Virus record (IMG/VR): IMGVR_UViG_3300046463_001154
Span: 1 to 64,000 of that record
DNA length: 64,000 nt
Source: a virus
Direction: 5' to 3' (one strand)
Below, piece by piece: positions 63,920 to 64,000 of the stretch. The notes beneath the pieces were generated by a model that was not told where the DNA came from, searched no databases, and saw only the letters and a program-made list of their open reading frames with translations. Made by a program: the position numbers and the translations under genes. Every line of letters begins with the position of its first letter. The first letter of the stretch is position 1.

Positions 63920-64000
63920 ATGATTGACATCTTGCGGGACTATCTGGCGGGGGCAGCCTCGCCCGAATTCACCCAAACCATAGAAGAAGCGCACGCTGCG
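63920..64000 (+). CDS. 5' end of a probable gp79-like gene, truncated by the window end
   Basis: ATG at 63920, MIDILRDYLAGAASPEF..., open to the window end. Confidence 0.45.
   Translation, partial: MIDILRDYLAGAASPEFTQTIEEAHAA

Larger units (their letters stand above)
1..64000. mobile_element. Nucleus-forming jumbo phage (Chimalliviridae) genome segment carrying a plasmid replicon; candidate phage-plasmid
   Basis: terL, phuZ, chmA, nvRNAP subunits and picA in phiKZ order, plus an embedded rep-parB-parA module. Confidence 0.88.

Noticed and set aside
1-64000. CRISPR array, rRNA, or host chromosomal housekeeping flanks
   Set aside because: No regularly spaced repeat-spacer units, no rRNA, and no chromosomal gene blocks; nothing here indicates chromosomal integration

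Overview
This window is a contiguous segment of a phiKZ-like, nucleus-forming jumbo phage genome (Chimalliviridae). The core genes are intact and in the usual order: virion/baseplate genes, terminase large subunit, PhuZ tubulin, the gp50-type half of the split family-B DNA polymerase, chimallin (ChmA), four non-virion RNA polymerase subunits, SbcD, ChmC, PicA/Imp1, an SF2 helicase and a gp77-like gene. phiKZ gp numbers are assigned from recalled motifs and synteny, not from a database search. Main observation: between the helicase (ends 48586) and the gp77-like gene (61438), which are near neighbours in phiKZ, lies a complete Burkholderiales-type plasmid replicon. It comprises parA-parB-rep, a predicted counter-transcribed RNA, a palindrome with an AT-rich stretch inside rep, and a parS-like palindrome. 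Next to it are an imuA gene with a LexA box, a DNA ligase domain, a K+ channel and H-NS. No integrase or transposase is visible. The simplest reading is a temperate, plasmid-prophage (phage-plasmid) form of a nucleus-forming jumbo phage, a group I know only as lytic; this is inference and needs confirmation. Other signals read directly from the sequence: a six-copy phage promoter motif (YATATCAC-N5-TGAA), a family of hairpins flanked by GGCATA/TATGCC, a candidate -1 frameshift joining the gp77-like gene to the next ORF, a structured non-coding RNA cluster downstream of phuZ with a tRNA-like CCA-ending element, an array of seven divergent paralogues, three small proteins ending in NxRGxxWW, and a membrane protein plus RelE-like cassette.
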